Program-made: the position numbers and the translations under genes
Assembly (NCBI GenBank): GCA_963829655.1
Contig: CAWHJG010000002.1
Span: 5,616,917-5,680,916 of the forward strand
Length of the DNA: 64,000 bases
Reading direction: 5' to 3'
Origin: Pirellulales bacterium
Lineage (GTDB): Bacteria; Planctomycetota; Planctomycetia; Pirellulales; JALHPA01
Shown: positions 17,238-27,256 of the stretch, piece by piece
How the letters are laid out: each line of letters opens with the position of its first letter
Position numbering within the stretch: the stretch's first letter is position 1
Notes under the pieces: generated by a model
Databases searched by the model: none
Told to the model about the DNA's origin: nothing
The model's input: the letters and a program-made list of their open reading frames with translations, nothing else

Positions 17238-20200
17238 ATGGCGATTTTCAATAGTGCTAAGCGTGTTCGCTCACTCTTTCAAAATCGTGGCCGCGCCTTC
17301 GCACGGCGATCGGACGGTAACGAACGAATCGGTCGGCGACCGCTCTTTGAGAATCTAGAGCAACGCCTTACATTCTCCACCACCTACTACGGCCAGTTCA
17401 CGGTAGGCGGTCCGTCGCTCTCGATCGCTGATCGTTCGGATTCGACCAACTACGTCGCTCGGACTTTGGTGGATGAGCTCGAAGACGCGGGTGAGCTCGT
17501 TCAATTGACCCGAGTCGACTTCAATCCGACGGCCCCTAACCTTCCCGGCTATTACAGCACAAGTCCGGTTGGCCTGCCTTTTGATATTGAAGTCGGTGTG
17601 GATGCCGACGGAGTTGCCAAGCTGGGATCTGATTACGAACTCTACTGGCGTGCCTGGAAGCATGGCAATGGCCAACAACCCTCCGAATTATTGCCGCCTG
17701 AAAAAGTGGAGGGTAGTTTCACCATGGCGGCGGGCACAGCAGGATACGGTTTTCTTTACATAAAGCCGTTGCGCAAGCCGGAGAACGATCCGGTTGAAGG
17801 CGACGAGCCGCTCTACATCAGGCTCACCTCGGTTAGTGCAGATGAGACAGATCCGGACGTCGAATTTGCCGTAGACGATCAAAAAGACCACCTTTGGGCG
17901 GTAATTAGCGATTCGCAGCCTTGGGAGAATCAAGTCTACTGCCAGTGCGACTGTGGTGAGGAAGGGGACACGATTTCAAAGGTCGGACCGCTCAATGGTG
18001 CAGCGGGACTTAAGCACCTCATCGGCGATGATTTGAACATGATGTATTGGTCGCCGGAAGACATGAAGCAGTACGTTACGTTCAAGGCGTTCGTTCCGTA
18101 TTACCAAGCTCAAATACCCACGCTCGTCCAAGCGGTCGTGACTATGGGTACCGAAAGCGAGACCGTCTATATCGACTTTCCGGCAGCAACTGAGTTGGAT
18201 GAGAAGGTCACATTCACGTTTCAGCTCCCGGCGGATTCATCCTTGCAGTCCGATGTGTACAATTGGTCCGTCAATTTAACGTACGGCACGAACAGCGGCG
18301 GCACATTCGTTCCACTTGATGCACTCTATGGAAATAGCGACACCTACACCGGCAGAAACATCTACGTCAATCGCCATAGCGGCGGTTTTGGTGATGGCTG
18401 GGCCATTGAAGGAATCGATAGCCTCAAAATCCTCTCAGGCGATGTCCTGCTCTTGACTGGTGAGGGCAATGCCTTCTTTTACGAGAACGATGGCAGCGGC
18501 GGCTTCAAACGCCCAAACGGGGAACCAAACTTCTCTACGCTCGTTTACAACAGCGGTGCGAACACGTACTCGCTTACAGACAAGTTCGGCACCGTCTCGG
18601 TATTCGATAGTGCTGGATTTCTCGACTATCGGGACGACAAGAATGGCAACCGCATCGATTACACGGTAAGCGACGGCAAATACACGCAAATCCTCGATCC
18701 GAAGCGCGGCATCGTCACCTTCACGTACGATGGGTCAAATCGGCTTACTGGACTTACCGAGTTTTCGGGAACGAGTCAAACGCGAACTACAACCTTCACG
18801 ACAGATAGCAATGGCTTCTTGCGATTGATCTCGTCGGCCGATCCCACGTCCGGATTAAAGGGGCCGCAAACAAGCTTTGAGTACTATCCATCGACCGATA
18901 TTGTTACTGGGCAGTTCGAAGATCATCTCAAGGCAGTGCGCATCCACAGCAACTGGGTGGACCCGGCTACTTATATCACTTCGCCTCCCGCTGCCGATGA
19001 CCGCGATCGCGTGACCACGTTGAAGTACGACCGAACCGGCGGAGTAGCTGAGATTACTTCGAAACCGACCGATCCAAATGCCGCCCGTGAATTCAAGTCA
19101 ATGAATGCCGCTCGGATCCTCGCGCAGCGGTCCACTTCGACCAGCGGAAGCTCGGTCACAAATCGTGCTCAGTTCAGCACAATCGACACCGAACTGGAAC
19201 AGCAGGGGAGCGGGCTCAACATCAACGACCTCATCGGTGTCGACGGCAAACGAACGGACCACCATGGTGTAGAGCAGGATTTTACGACGGACCATCTCGG
19301 TTACGATAGCGTCACGCCACTCGGCGAGATCCTCATTACGTACATCCGTGATTTGGATGGGCTAGTAACCAAGTCCACGACAGGCGATCCGGATGGTTCC
19401 GGAAGCCTAGTTGGTCTAGTCTCCGATTACACCTACGACTCCAAGGGAAATGTCCTTACCGGGACGACCCATGCGGCCGGCAGCGACGCAATTCTTTCCA
19501 TCCACACCTGGACGTACGACAGTAACTACGCACAGGCAACCAAACATGTGGATGAGTTGGAACGGGTCACGAAATATCAAATCGGTTCCCCGAGTGACTC
19601 GATCGAGAAGCGTGGGAAAGTACTCTCAATGACGCAAGTGCTCGGTCTGGATGACTCACAAAGCACCGAGCGCGACGACATTGTCACGAAGTATAGCTAC
19701 ACGACCGCAACCACGCCGGTGTATCCCCAGCCGAGTGGATACACTCCAGCGGGGCTCGTGGAGACCATTATTGATCCGCTCAGCCGGGTTACGAAGTATC
19801 AGTATGATGTCCACGGCTCAAATACCCGAACATTTTATAACCTTGGCAGCCCCACTCAGGCGGACGTTGTCTACGAGTACAACGACCAGCTCCTGCAAAC
19901 CTCAATGACCGATGAGCTTGATCGTACCACACATTGGGCGTATGACGCGCTCGGTCGATTAGTCACCATGACAGAGCCCGACCCCGATGGGCCCACCGGT
20001 TCATTGATCGCCCCGGTGACTACATACGAGTACGACAGTCGTGGCAACCAGATTCGGGTCACTGATCCGCTGGGGAACGTCACCCGCAAGACGTACAACA
20101 AGTTCAACAATGTCGTCCACGAGATCGGACCGCCTGCGAACACAACTTCGTCGAATGCGAAGACAATCGATAACGGCCAATCTAACTTCGTGGCCACAGG

Positions 20201-20912
20201 CTGGGTCAGCGGACCGAGCGGATTTGGAGGAAGCACAGTTAAACGAAGTGGCGGAACAGCCGGCACAGCCGAATGGACGTTTACGGTTCCGGACGCCGGA
20301 AAGTACTACGATTTGCTCGTTACTTGGCCCGCAAGCCTCAGCAATAGCGCAGGCGCCGTATTTAAGGTTCGTGATGGGAGCGGCGTGCTCCTTGGCACGA
20401 TCACTGTCGATCAGCGATTTGCCCCCATTGATGACACACTCGCAGGAGCTAAGTGGCATAGCTTGGGCGTGTTTTCTGGATCCACCACATACAAAGTCGA
20501 GCTTGATTCCGGGGCCAGCACATCAGGCGATGTGGTCGCGGATGCTGCTCGTTTCGCAGAAGCTACGGTGACTAAACACGAATACGATTTCTTTGGAAAC
20601 CGAACAGGGGTCACCGATCCGTTGGGACGTCGGACGGAGTACACGAACGACACGCAGTTCAAACGACAGATCGCGGTGACTCAACCAGACCCGGATGGCA
20701 CCACTGGTCCACTACCGCGCCCGTCACCAAGACCGAATACTATCCGGATGGTAGTGTCAAACGCCAGATTGACGCCCTCGGAAATGCGACCACCTACGAG
20801 TACGACGAATTTGGACGCACGATACGGATCACGGCTGCCGATCCCGACGGACCGGCTGGCTCACTGCAAGCACCCATCACGGAATATTTTTACGACGCTG
20901 CAGGCCAACTGA
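17238..20912 (+). CDS. RHS copy 2, N-terminal part
   Basis: Start MAIFNSAKRV...RRPLFENLEQRLTFS. Colinear with the copy 1 N-terminus (Calx-beta-like GDDYELYW, cysteine cluster, GDGWAIEGIDSL). Protein-like to ~20716, then out of frame (PSPRPNTIRMVV...). Confidence 0.85.
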   Translation: MAIFNSAKRVRSLFQNRGRAFARRSDGNERIGRRPLFENLEQRLTFSTTYYGQFTVGGPSLSIADRSDSTNYVARTLVDELEDAGELVQLTRVDFNPTAPNLPGYYSTSPVGLPFDIEVGVDADGVAKLGSDYELYWRAWKHGNGQQPSELLPPEKVEGSFTMAAGTAGYGFLYIKPLRKPENDPVEGDEPLYIRLTSVSADETDPDVEFAVDDQKDHLWAVISDSQPWENQVYCQCDCGEEGDTISKVGPLNGAAGLKHLIGDDLNMMYWSPEDMKQYVTFKAFVPYYQAQIPTLVQAVVTMGTESETVYIDFPAATELDEKVTFTFQLPADSSLQSDVYNWSVNLTYGTNSGGTFVPLDALYGNSDTYTGRNIYVNRHSGGFGDGWAIEGIDSLKILSGDVLLLTGEGNAFFYENDGSGGFKRPNGEPNFSTLVYNSGANTYSLTDKFGTVSVFDSAGFLDYRDDKNGNRIDYTVSDGKYTQILDPKRGIVTFTYDGSNRLTGLTEFSGTSQTRTTTFTTDSNGFLRLISSADPTSGLKGPQTSFEYYPSTDIVTGQFEDHLKAVRIHSNWVDPATYITSPPAADDRDRVTTLKYDRTGGVAEITSKPTDPNAAREFKSMNAARILAQRSTSTSGSSVTNRAQFSTIDTELEQQGSGLNINDLIGVDGKRTDHHGVEQDFTTDHLGYDSVTPLGEILITYIRDLDGLVTKSTTGDPDGSGSLVGLVSDYTYDSKGNVLTGTTHAAGSDAILSIHTWTYDSNYAQATKHVDELERVTKYQIGSPSDSIEKRGKVLSMTQVLGLDDSQSTERDDIVTKYSYTTATTPVYPQPSGYTPAGLVETIIDPLSRVTKYQYDVHGSNTRTFYNLGSPTQADVVYEYNDQLLQTSMTDELDRTTHWAYDALGRLVTMTEPDPDGPTGSLIAPVTTYEYDSRGNQIRVTDPLGNVTRKTYNKFNNVVHEIGPPANTTSSNAKTIDNGQSNFVATGWVSGPSGFGGSTVKRSGGTAGTAEWTFTVPDAGKYYDLLVTWPASLSNSAGAVFKVRDGSGVLLGTITVDQRFAPIDDTLAGAKWHSLGVFSGSTTYKVELDSGASTSGDVVADAARFAEATVTKHEYDFFGNRTGVTDPLGRRTEYTNDTQFKRQIAVTQPDPDGTTGPLPRPSPRPNTIRMVVSNARLTPSEMRPPTSTTNLDARYGSRLPIPTDRLAHCKHPSRNIFTTLQAN

Positions 20913-23465
20913 TTGCCGAAAAGAGTCCTCTCGGGAACTTTACGCGCTACGAGTACGATTCGCTCGGGCGTCAAATAGCTGTAAATCTACCGCCGACGGC
21001 GTCAGTAACGCCCCTCACGATCGATGATGGCACTACCGGGTTCACCGCCACCGGCCCATGGAATAACGAAAGCGGCTCGGGATACGATAATGGCCATCTT
21101 GTTCACGAAAAGGGGACAAGCACCGACACCGCACAATGGGTATTTTCGATCGACAATTCAAAGACCTACGAAGTGCTGGTGACCTGGAAAGTCTACAACA
21201 AGGACTTGCCTGAAACAGAGACCATCGAGGAGATCAATGGCTTTGACGCACCCTTTGAAATCTTGTACGGGTCGACTACTAACAGTTTCACCGTCGATCA
21301 ACGGCGGACGCCGTCACACGAGCGAGACACCAACGGCACATGGTGGCACCGGCTTGCCGTGATTAAGCCGGGAACCACTTCACTTACTGTTAAACTGAAA
21401 ACGTCAGCCAATGGTCGAGTCGTCGCCGACGCCGTTCGTCTCGTGGAAATCGGTGCCCGCACAACGACCAAGTACGATGCCGCCGGAAATCCCGTTCTTA
21501 CGACGGACGCAGTGGGATCACCCACGATCACGCAGTACGATGAGCGCAATCGGCTGATCGGCGTCTATCAGCCTGTTCCCAGTACGGCGATCACCCCCTT
21601 CACTCCGAATCCCGTTGACTTTACTGCGGGTGAGACCGGCTGGACGCAGGTCACCGACAGCAGGGCCTATGGTGGAAGTTATTTTCGCGCCACGGAGTCC
21701 GCCACCGAATATGTGCTTTGGGACCTGCCGACGTTACCCAATACAGATTCCACTCGCAATTACGCAATTCTGGCCACCTGGGTGCCCAGCGAGCAAAACA
21801 GCAGCCAAGCTATCTTTACATCGGTTGTCGGAGGGTCGTTGGGCGGCTCGTATATCGTCGATCAGCGGGTCGCACCGGCTGACTACCAGGATGCCCAAGG
21901 TCATTGGTGGAAAATCCTGGACGTCATCCGCGGACCGGCGGACGCCAACAGCACCTTAGATCTATTGGCGGATGTTGGCGCTCAAGCCGACGCTGTGGGG
22001 CTGCTTGAAGTTGGCCCCACGACGACATACTACTACGACGCCGCGGGCCAGCTCTCTTGGTCGCTCGATCACTATTTCCGGCAAACGGACTACGAGTATG
22101 ACAAGTTGGGTCGACAGATCAAGGTTTCGTTGCCCCCGCCGGATTGGAGTGCGCCCACAGTTCGTCCGGTCATCACAGCCACCTACGACGCCGTCGGAAA
22201 CGTCACCAGTACGACCGACGCGCTTGGCAATACGACGTTCTTTGAATACGACAACCTGGGAAGACAAACCCTCGTCGTTCAGCCTCCGGCGACAACGCCA
22301 GTTAGTCCGCCGGGACCCGTCGATAACGGTACTGCCTCGGGTTGGACGGCCGTAAGTCCGGCGGCCGGTTACAACGGCGGCAGCATCTATCACGCGGCCG
22401 GCACAGGCAGCAACACGTACACTTGGACGTCCGCAACACTGACTGACGATAAGACCTACTACGTCTATGTTACCTGGCCGGATGCGCTCAGTAGCCGCGC
22501 CATGAACGCACCTTTTGAAGTATTTAAGTCCAATACTTCGGGCGACGTGTCGCTCGGCACATTCTACGCCAATCAGCAGGCATTGCCTCAGGACTACGTT
22601 GATGGATCGAACAACCGGTGGCACCGGTTGGGCGTCTTCACGTTGCCGGACGGGTATGACAAAGTGAAGGTCAGACTGTCCGATGCGGCTGACGGCAACG
22701 TAATCGCCGATGCTGTGTACTTCGTCGAAGCGGGTCCTGTCTCCCGAACGCATTACGACGCCGCGGGTCAAGTTGAGAACACCATTGATCCGCTTGGCGC
22801 GGTCACGAGCTACCTTTACGACAAATATGGACGAGTGACGCAAGTCACCATGCCCGATCCGGACGGCCCCGGCGGCACGCAGTACACAAGTCCCGTCCAT
22901 AAGACCGCCTACGACGCGAATGGAAACATTGCGTCCATGACGGACCCGGCTGGTAATACCACGCATTTTGAGTACGACAACCTCGGCAGGCGAACCGAAG
23001 TAATTCATCCGCTTGCGTCAGGCACACCATCAAACCGATCTAAAGACGATACGGATGGGACCGAAGCGCCTCCGCATTATCTCTACGGCGAATGGGACGA
23101 GGAGGAGGGCGGGAACGAAAATGATCATCGATTCGCAACCGCCGGCACCGCGAACACGACCTCTGTTTATGACATTGCTTATGGATTGGATGCGACCAAG
23201 ACCTATCAGGTCTTCGTTCGTTGGATGCCGTCGCAGAACAATGCCACCGACGTGCGCTATGATCTTTATGTCAATGGTGGATGGAACCAAACGGTGTCTG
23301 TGAATCAGCAGATTGCGCCACAGGACTACGTGGACGCAAGCGGCGTGGCATGGCATCGGCTGTTAACATTCACTGGCCTCACACATTACGCGGTGCGCTT
23401 GAACGCGACAACCAGCGTTGGCAATGGCACCGCCACGCACGTAGATGATGACGGTGTGCTTATCG
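20195..23465 (+). repeat. Array of five lectin-like modules in RHS copy 2
   Basis: Modules lie at ~20195-20562, 21050-21447, 21638-22010, 22338-22730 and 23060-23465 (the last is degenerate). They have the same signature as in copy 1 (…ADAARFAE, ADAVRLVE, ADAVGLLE, ADAVYFVE). Confidence 0.75.
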
Positions 23466-24913
23466 CGCAATGGGAGTCGAGTGGGAAGACGGTCTATGAT
23501 GCAGCCAGCCAGCTCACAAGCACCATCGACGCAATAGGCCGAATCACGAGCTACGACTACGACAACTGGGGTCGGCAAATAGCCGTGAATCAGCCGGATC
23601 CTGATGGACCCTCCGGCACGAAGATTCCGGCCAAAACCGTCCTGGAGTACGATGCCAACGGCAACGTGCGCGATGAAAAACAGCGCGTTACGATCAGTCC
23701 CGACACATTCCTCACCACAGAGCACCGCTACGATCGCCTGGGCCGCAAGATCATGACGATCGACGCAGCACATGCCGGCACGAGCGTGGGTACTACGTTC
23801 GTCTACGATGCCGTAGGGACCCTAACCAGCCTGACCGATGCAGAGAACAACGAGACCAAGTTCACGTACGACAATCTGAATCGGCTCACGACTGAAACGA
23901 ACGAACTCGACGATGTGCGGAGCTTTGAGCACGACCTCAATGGCCAGCGCACGAAAAGGACAGATCGCAACGAGCGCGTGGTCGAATGGTTCTACGACAA
24001 CTTGGGGCGCATGACCAAGGAGAAGTGGGAGCAAGGCGCTACCGACCGTGAGTTGACGTTCGGCTACGATCTCGCCGGCCGAATGATCTCGACCGACGAT
24101 AGTGATACAAGGGGCCGGGACTACGACTATGTCTTCGATGAGCTGGGCCGACTGGAAGAGACCGAGTGGGCGATGGCGGGCCGGCTGTACACGATGGTTA
24201 ACGAGTACGACCAGGCGTCCCGTCGGACGGAAAGGAATCTCTCCTACGACCCCGGCGCGCCCTACTACCCGGTGCCGGATTTCATTGTGGACAACTGGGC
24301 CTACGACAATCTTGGCCGGATGACGCTGGCCACCCAGGAGGGGTTGGCCTGGATTCTCGACAAGTCGGCCAGGTTCGCCTACAACGCCGCCGGCCAGTTG
24401 ACCGAAATCAAGCGCTATAATGATCTGACTGCGTCAAACCTGATCGTCGATACCGATTACACGTATGACGACGCCGGGCGGCTGAAGATCCTCACGCATA
24501 AGGACTTCAATGGGACCACCACATACGCCGGGTACACCTACGATTGGGACGCCCTTAACCGCATGACGTCGATGGACTTCACCGCCACGGGCCGCGACGA
24601 CGAGGACGCCACGTTCACCCACGACGCCTCCGGCCAGTTGACCGGCGCAGGCGCAGCGGCACGGCCAACGACGAAGGCTATGTGTACGACGACAACGGCA
24701 ATCGCGACACGGTGTTGCGCGGCGGAGTGTCCAGCCAGGACTGGCAGGTCGGCACGAACAACCAGCTCACTCGCGACGTCACCTACGCCTACGAGTACGA
24801 CGACGAAGGCAACCGCACCAAGCGGATCACGCTGGTGTTCAACTCCGGCACGCAACAGTGGGAAGCAACCGGCCCCACCACCGAATACGTCTGGGACTTC
24901 CGAAATCGGCTGA
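21173..24913 (+). CDS. RHS copy 2, central part
   Basis: This frame is open and YD-like from ~20717 (APVTKTEYYPDGSVKRQIDALGN...) to ~24650 (DASGQLTGA). The listed tail (AAARPTTKAM...) is out of frame. Confidence 0.85.
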   Translation: MLVTWKVYNKDLPETETIEEINGFDAPFEILYGSTTNSFTVDQRRTPSHERDTNGTWWHRLAVIKPGTTSLTVKLKTSANGRVVADAVRLVEIGARTTTKYDAAGNPVLTTDAVGSPTITQYDERNRLIGVYQPVPSTAITPFTPNPVDFTAGETGWTQVTDSRAYGGSYFRATESATEYVLWDLPTLPNTDSTRNYAILATWVPSEQNSSQAIFTSVVGGSLGGSYIVDQRVAPADYQDAQGHWWKILDVIRGPADANSTLDLLADVGAQADAVGLLEVGPTTTYYYDAAGQLSWSLDHYFRQTDYEYDKLGRQIKVSLPPPDWSAPTVRPVITATYDAVGNVTSTTDALGNTTFFEYDNLGRQTLVVQPPATTPVSPPGPVDNGTASGWTAVSPAAGYNGGSIYHAAGTGSNTYTWTSATLTDDKTYYVYVTWPDALSSRAMNAPFEVFKSNTSGDVSLGTFYANQQALPQDYVDGSNNRWHRLGVFTLPDGYDKVKVRLSDAADGNVIADAVYFVEAGPVSRTHYDAAGQVENTIDPLGAVTSYLYDKYGRVTQVTMPDPDGPGGTQYTSPVHKTAYDANGNIASMTDPAGNTTHFEYDNLGRRTEVIHPLASGTPSNRSKDDTDGTEAPPHYLYGEWDEEEGGNENDHRFATAGTANTTSVYDIAYGLDATKTYQVFVRWMPSQNNATDVRYDLYVNGGWNQTVSVNQQIAPQDYVDASGVAWHRLLTFTGLTHYAVRLNATTSVGNGTATHVDDDGVLIAQWESSGKTVYDAASQLTSTIDAIGRITSYDYDNWGRQIAVNQPDPDGPSGTKIPAKTVLEYDANGNVRDEKQRVTISPDTFLTTEHRYDRLGRKIMTIDAAHAGTSVGTTFVYDAVGTLTSLTDAENNETKFTYDNLNRLTTETNELDDVRSFEHDLNGQRTKRTDRNERVVEWFYDNLGRMTKEKWEQGATDRELTFGYDLAGRMISTDDSDTRGRDYDYVFDELGRLEETEWAMAGRLYTMVNEYDQASRRTERNLSYDPGAPYYPVPDFIVDNWAYDNLGRMTLATQEGLAWILDKSARFAYNAAGQLTEIKRYNDLTASNLIVDTDYTYDDAGRLKILTHKDFNGTTTYAGYTYDWDALNRMTSMDFTATGRDDEDATFTHDASGQLTGAGAAARPTTKAMCTTTTAIATRCCAAECPARTGRSARTTSSLATSPTPTSTTTKATAPSGSRWCSTPARNSGKQPAPPPNTSGTSEIG

Positions 24914-24987
24914 GCCAGGTGATTGAGCGCCTCCAGCCCCACGGGCACAGTAACCCGAAACATTACTTATCAGTACGACATGCTTGA
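24682..24987 (+). CDS. RHS copy 2, short segment between two frame breaks
   Basis: (E)RSGTANDEGYVYDDNGNRDTVLRGG...EYVWDFRNRLSQVIERLQP matches copy 1 residue for residue. It is sensible from ~24651 to 24939. Confidence 0.8.
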   Translation: MYDDNGNRDTVLRGGVSSQDWQVGTNNQLTRDVTYAYEYDDEGNRTKRITLVFNSGTQQWEATGPTTEYVWDFRNRLSQVIERLQPHGHSNPKHYLSVRHA

Positions 24988-26044
24988 CCGCTTGATCCAA
25001 CGCGATAAGGACCCCGATGGCGATGGCGGATCTGCCACGATCGAGTCTGACCATTACATCCATGACGGTGAAGAGCAGGTGTTCCACACCGGCAGCACCG
25101 TAGCTTATGGCTCGCACGTCTACATGACTGGGCCAATTAAGGATTTGGTGCTCTTTGACCAGACCGACGTGCTCTACGCCTACCTAGGCGACCACTTGAA
25201 CACCGTCCGCGACGTGCTGGAGCACAACGGGTCGGCATGGGTGATCGATAACCACGTCGTGTACGACTCGTTCGGGAATCGCACTGAGACCGGTGGCGCA
25301 ACGATCTCGCCGTTCTTGGGCTTCACTGGCCGACCCTTCGATAAAGACACCGGTCTGCAATACAACTGGCACCGCTGGTACGACGCCGGAGCGGGCCGCT
25401 GGATGAGTGAGGATCCAATAAACTTTTTGGGCGGCGATGCCAACATTGCTCGATATGTGAGTAATTCGCCCCTTCACTTCTCGGATCCGACTGGCTTGGT
25501 ACAAATTGGCGGTCGCGGAAGCATATATGCGACTGAACCGAAGCCAACTGAAGAATCGCTGGAAAAGTGGCGAAGGTGGCACGCAAATCCGGTGCATCAA
25601 GGGCCAGAACCACAAATAGAATACAAAGGCACAACGCTTCTGGCCCGCATTGATTATAAGTGGACGATGGAAGTGGACTGCAAGCCGGGCAATAACGCCC
25701 ACCATGGCCAAGCACAACTAACGTATTGGAACGTTTTCGGAAGATTTGATACGTTTAAACTTTTGGGCTTCGGGTATGAATCTGAGGCGGAGATTGAAGC
25801 AACCGGGACAATCAAGGATTGCCCGAAGGGGCTTCCAGGAAGCGCTATGGATGTTACCATTACAGTTTGGGCTCGTCAGAACTTGGTCTTTGAACCAAGC
25901 ATAGGTATTGATATTGGTCCAGTGGACGCCGACATTGACATTAACGTCAAGCTTGTCAAGCAAGGGAAGAAATATGCCGACTCAACGACCTATGAAGTAA
26001 ATTGTTGTTGCGATCCCAATGGCGGCTATCAAACACCGTGGTAA
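24923..26044 (+). CDS. RHS copy 2, repeat-associated core plus C-terminal toxin domain of unknown family
   Basis: TGTVTRNITYQYDMLDRL...GFTGRPFDKDTGLQYNWHRWYDAGAGRWMSEDPINFLGGDANIARYVSNSPLHFSDPTGL is a canonical Rhs core ending in the DPxGL cleavage motif (25484-25498). A 181-aa tail with no motif I recognise follows. Confidence 0.85.
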   Translation: MSASSPTGTVTRNITYQYDMLDRLIQRDKDPDGDGGSATIESDHYIHDGEEQVFHTGSTVAYGSHVYMTGPIKDLVLFDQTDVLYAYLGDHLNTVRDVLEHNGSAWVIDNHVVYDSFGNRTETGGATISPFLGFTGRPFDKDTGLQYNWHRWYDAGAGRWMSEDPINFLGGDANIARYVSNSPLHFSDPTGLVQIGGRGSIYATEPKPTEESLEKWRRWHANPVHQGPEPQIEYKGTTLLARIDYKWTMEVDCKPGNNAHHGQAQLTYWNVFGRFDTFKLLGFGYESEAEIEATGTIKDCPKGLPGSAMDVTITVWARQNLVFEPSIGIDIGPVDADIDINVKLVKQGKKYADSTTYEVNCCCDPNGGYQTPW

Positions 26045-26050
26045 TCACTT

Positions 26051-26506
26051 ATGTCAATTAGGCGATTTGTCTTACTCGCTCTCGCAGTCGCGATCGTGGC
26101 GGTTGCATTTGGCGTTTGGCAAAAGGCAAAGAAGCCTTCACGAGCGGCTCCTCCGATTGTCACTATCCCGTGTGAGTCAGATACGGATAATACATTCGTA
26201 CCCATTTCTGTTACACAACAGGGAGTTCAAGGTACCGCGCCCGCTTTTGGTTGGACAGCTACGACTGCCATCAGGGACGGCAATCTGGTAAACGGGATCG
26301 TCGGCACGCGCGATGACGTCGAAGTGGTTAGCATTTACGCTTACCGAGGTCCGATAGGTCGTGTGCATGTCTATGTTGATACGGAGATTGACCTTGTTCT
26401 GCGCATACCCGATGGGTGTTCGTTATATGATGAGACCACCATGATCCGACTTACCACTGAGGCCACGCTTTTAAAAGGGAGCTATCGTTTCCGAAGCTCC
26501 GAATAG
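26051..26506 (+). CDS. Putative cognate immunity protein (N-terminal TM anchor)
   Basis: 151 aa. It starts 7 nt after the RHS stop codon and has the hydrophobic N-terminus MSIRRFVLLALAVAIVAVAFGVW. The assignment rests on position only. Confidence 0.55.
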   Translation: MSIRRFVLLALAVAIVAVAFGVWQKAKKPSRAAPPIVTIPCESDTDNTFVPISVTQQGVQGTAPAFGWTATTAIRDGNLVNGIVGTRDDVEVVSIYAYRGPIGRVHVYVDTEIDLVLRIPDGCSLYDETTMIRLTTEATLLKGSYRFRSSE

Positions 26507-26619
26507 GAACCTAGCAGTCCGTTGAAGTATTCCCTTGCGATTTGCCGGCGCGGCCTCGCGCTTGACACGCGTGGTATTGTATCGCCATCTACAGGCGCGA
26601 ACGACACGGAGGTTTTGTC

Positions 26620-26868
26620 ATGGCGATGGGCAAGCGGCGCCAGTGTCAGGAGGCTTTGTTTATCACGGCCGTGGGATTGCGCAAGTCACCGGGTCATCCG
26701 TTCTATCGGAAGCTCAACCAGCTCCTGGCCGAAGCCGAGTTCGATGATAGGCGTGAGCGCCGTTGCCAGCAGTACTACTGCACCACGGAGAGACGCGGGC
26801 AGCCTTCGATCCCTCCCGGCGTGTACTTTCGCATGTTGTTGGAGCCACGCCCGACCACTCGACCTTGA
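26620..26868 (+). mobile_element. IS5/IS1182-type transposase N-terminal (DUF772-like) fragment
   Basis: MGKRRQCQEALF...PGHPFYRKLNQLLAEAEFDD...QYYCTTERRGQPSIPPGVYFRMLL, then truncated. No DDE domain follows. Confidence 0.65.
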
Positions 26869-26902
26869 CGAACACGCGCAATCGGCTGCCACACGAGGTG
26901 TT

Positions 26903-27232
26903 TCAGTTTGTCTCCTTTATTGCCTTACTTGCCTCATCCATTAGCTTGACGCACGACTCTCTAACTTCCCCTGCATAGCTCGTGACAATAGTGTCCGGCG
27001 TTCGGCCTGCCGCAATTATTGCCAACTCATCATCCATCTCACGATTAAGAACATGGCAATTCTTTACACACTCGTTCACCGTGTTGATGAGCGGTGTTAA
27101 CGGTAAAGTTCTAAGAGCCTCATCGGTCGCGACGGTACGGCATCGTTGGAAACCCACCTTGTAATTGGATCGGTCATAGCTTTCTATGATCTCATTCAGC
27201 ACCATCAAGTTAACTGTTCCTTCACGAAACAC
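26903..27232 (-). CDS. Hypothetical protein, downstream partner of the Mrr-like nuclease
   Basis: 109 aa. There is a 24-nt gap after 27257..27700 on the same strand. No recognisable motif. Confidence 0.45.
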   Translation of the reverse strand: MFREGTVNLMVLNEIIESYDRSNYKVGFQRCRTVATDEALRTLPLTPLINTVNECVKNCHVLNREMDDELAIIAAGRTPDTIVTSYAGEVRESCVKLMDEASKAIKETN

Positions 27233-27256
27233 GGATAAGTGGATTTGCTTTGTCTC

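Noticed and set aside
21962-23008. Long antisense ORFs lie inside the RHS genes: 21962..23008 (348 aa), 232..807, 1138..1827, 2056..2448, 2896..3336, 4732..5241, 23363..23773 and others.
   Set aside because: They are shadow ORFs on the strand opposite strongly supported YD-repeat coding sequence. Their compositions are Arg/Val/Gly-rich and lack motifs. High-GC repetitive genes typically generate such open antisense frames.
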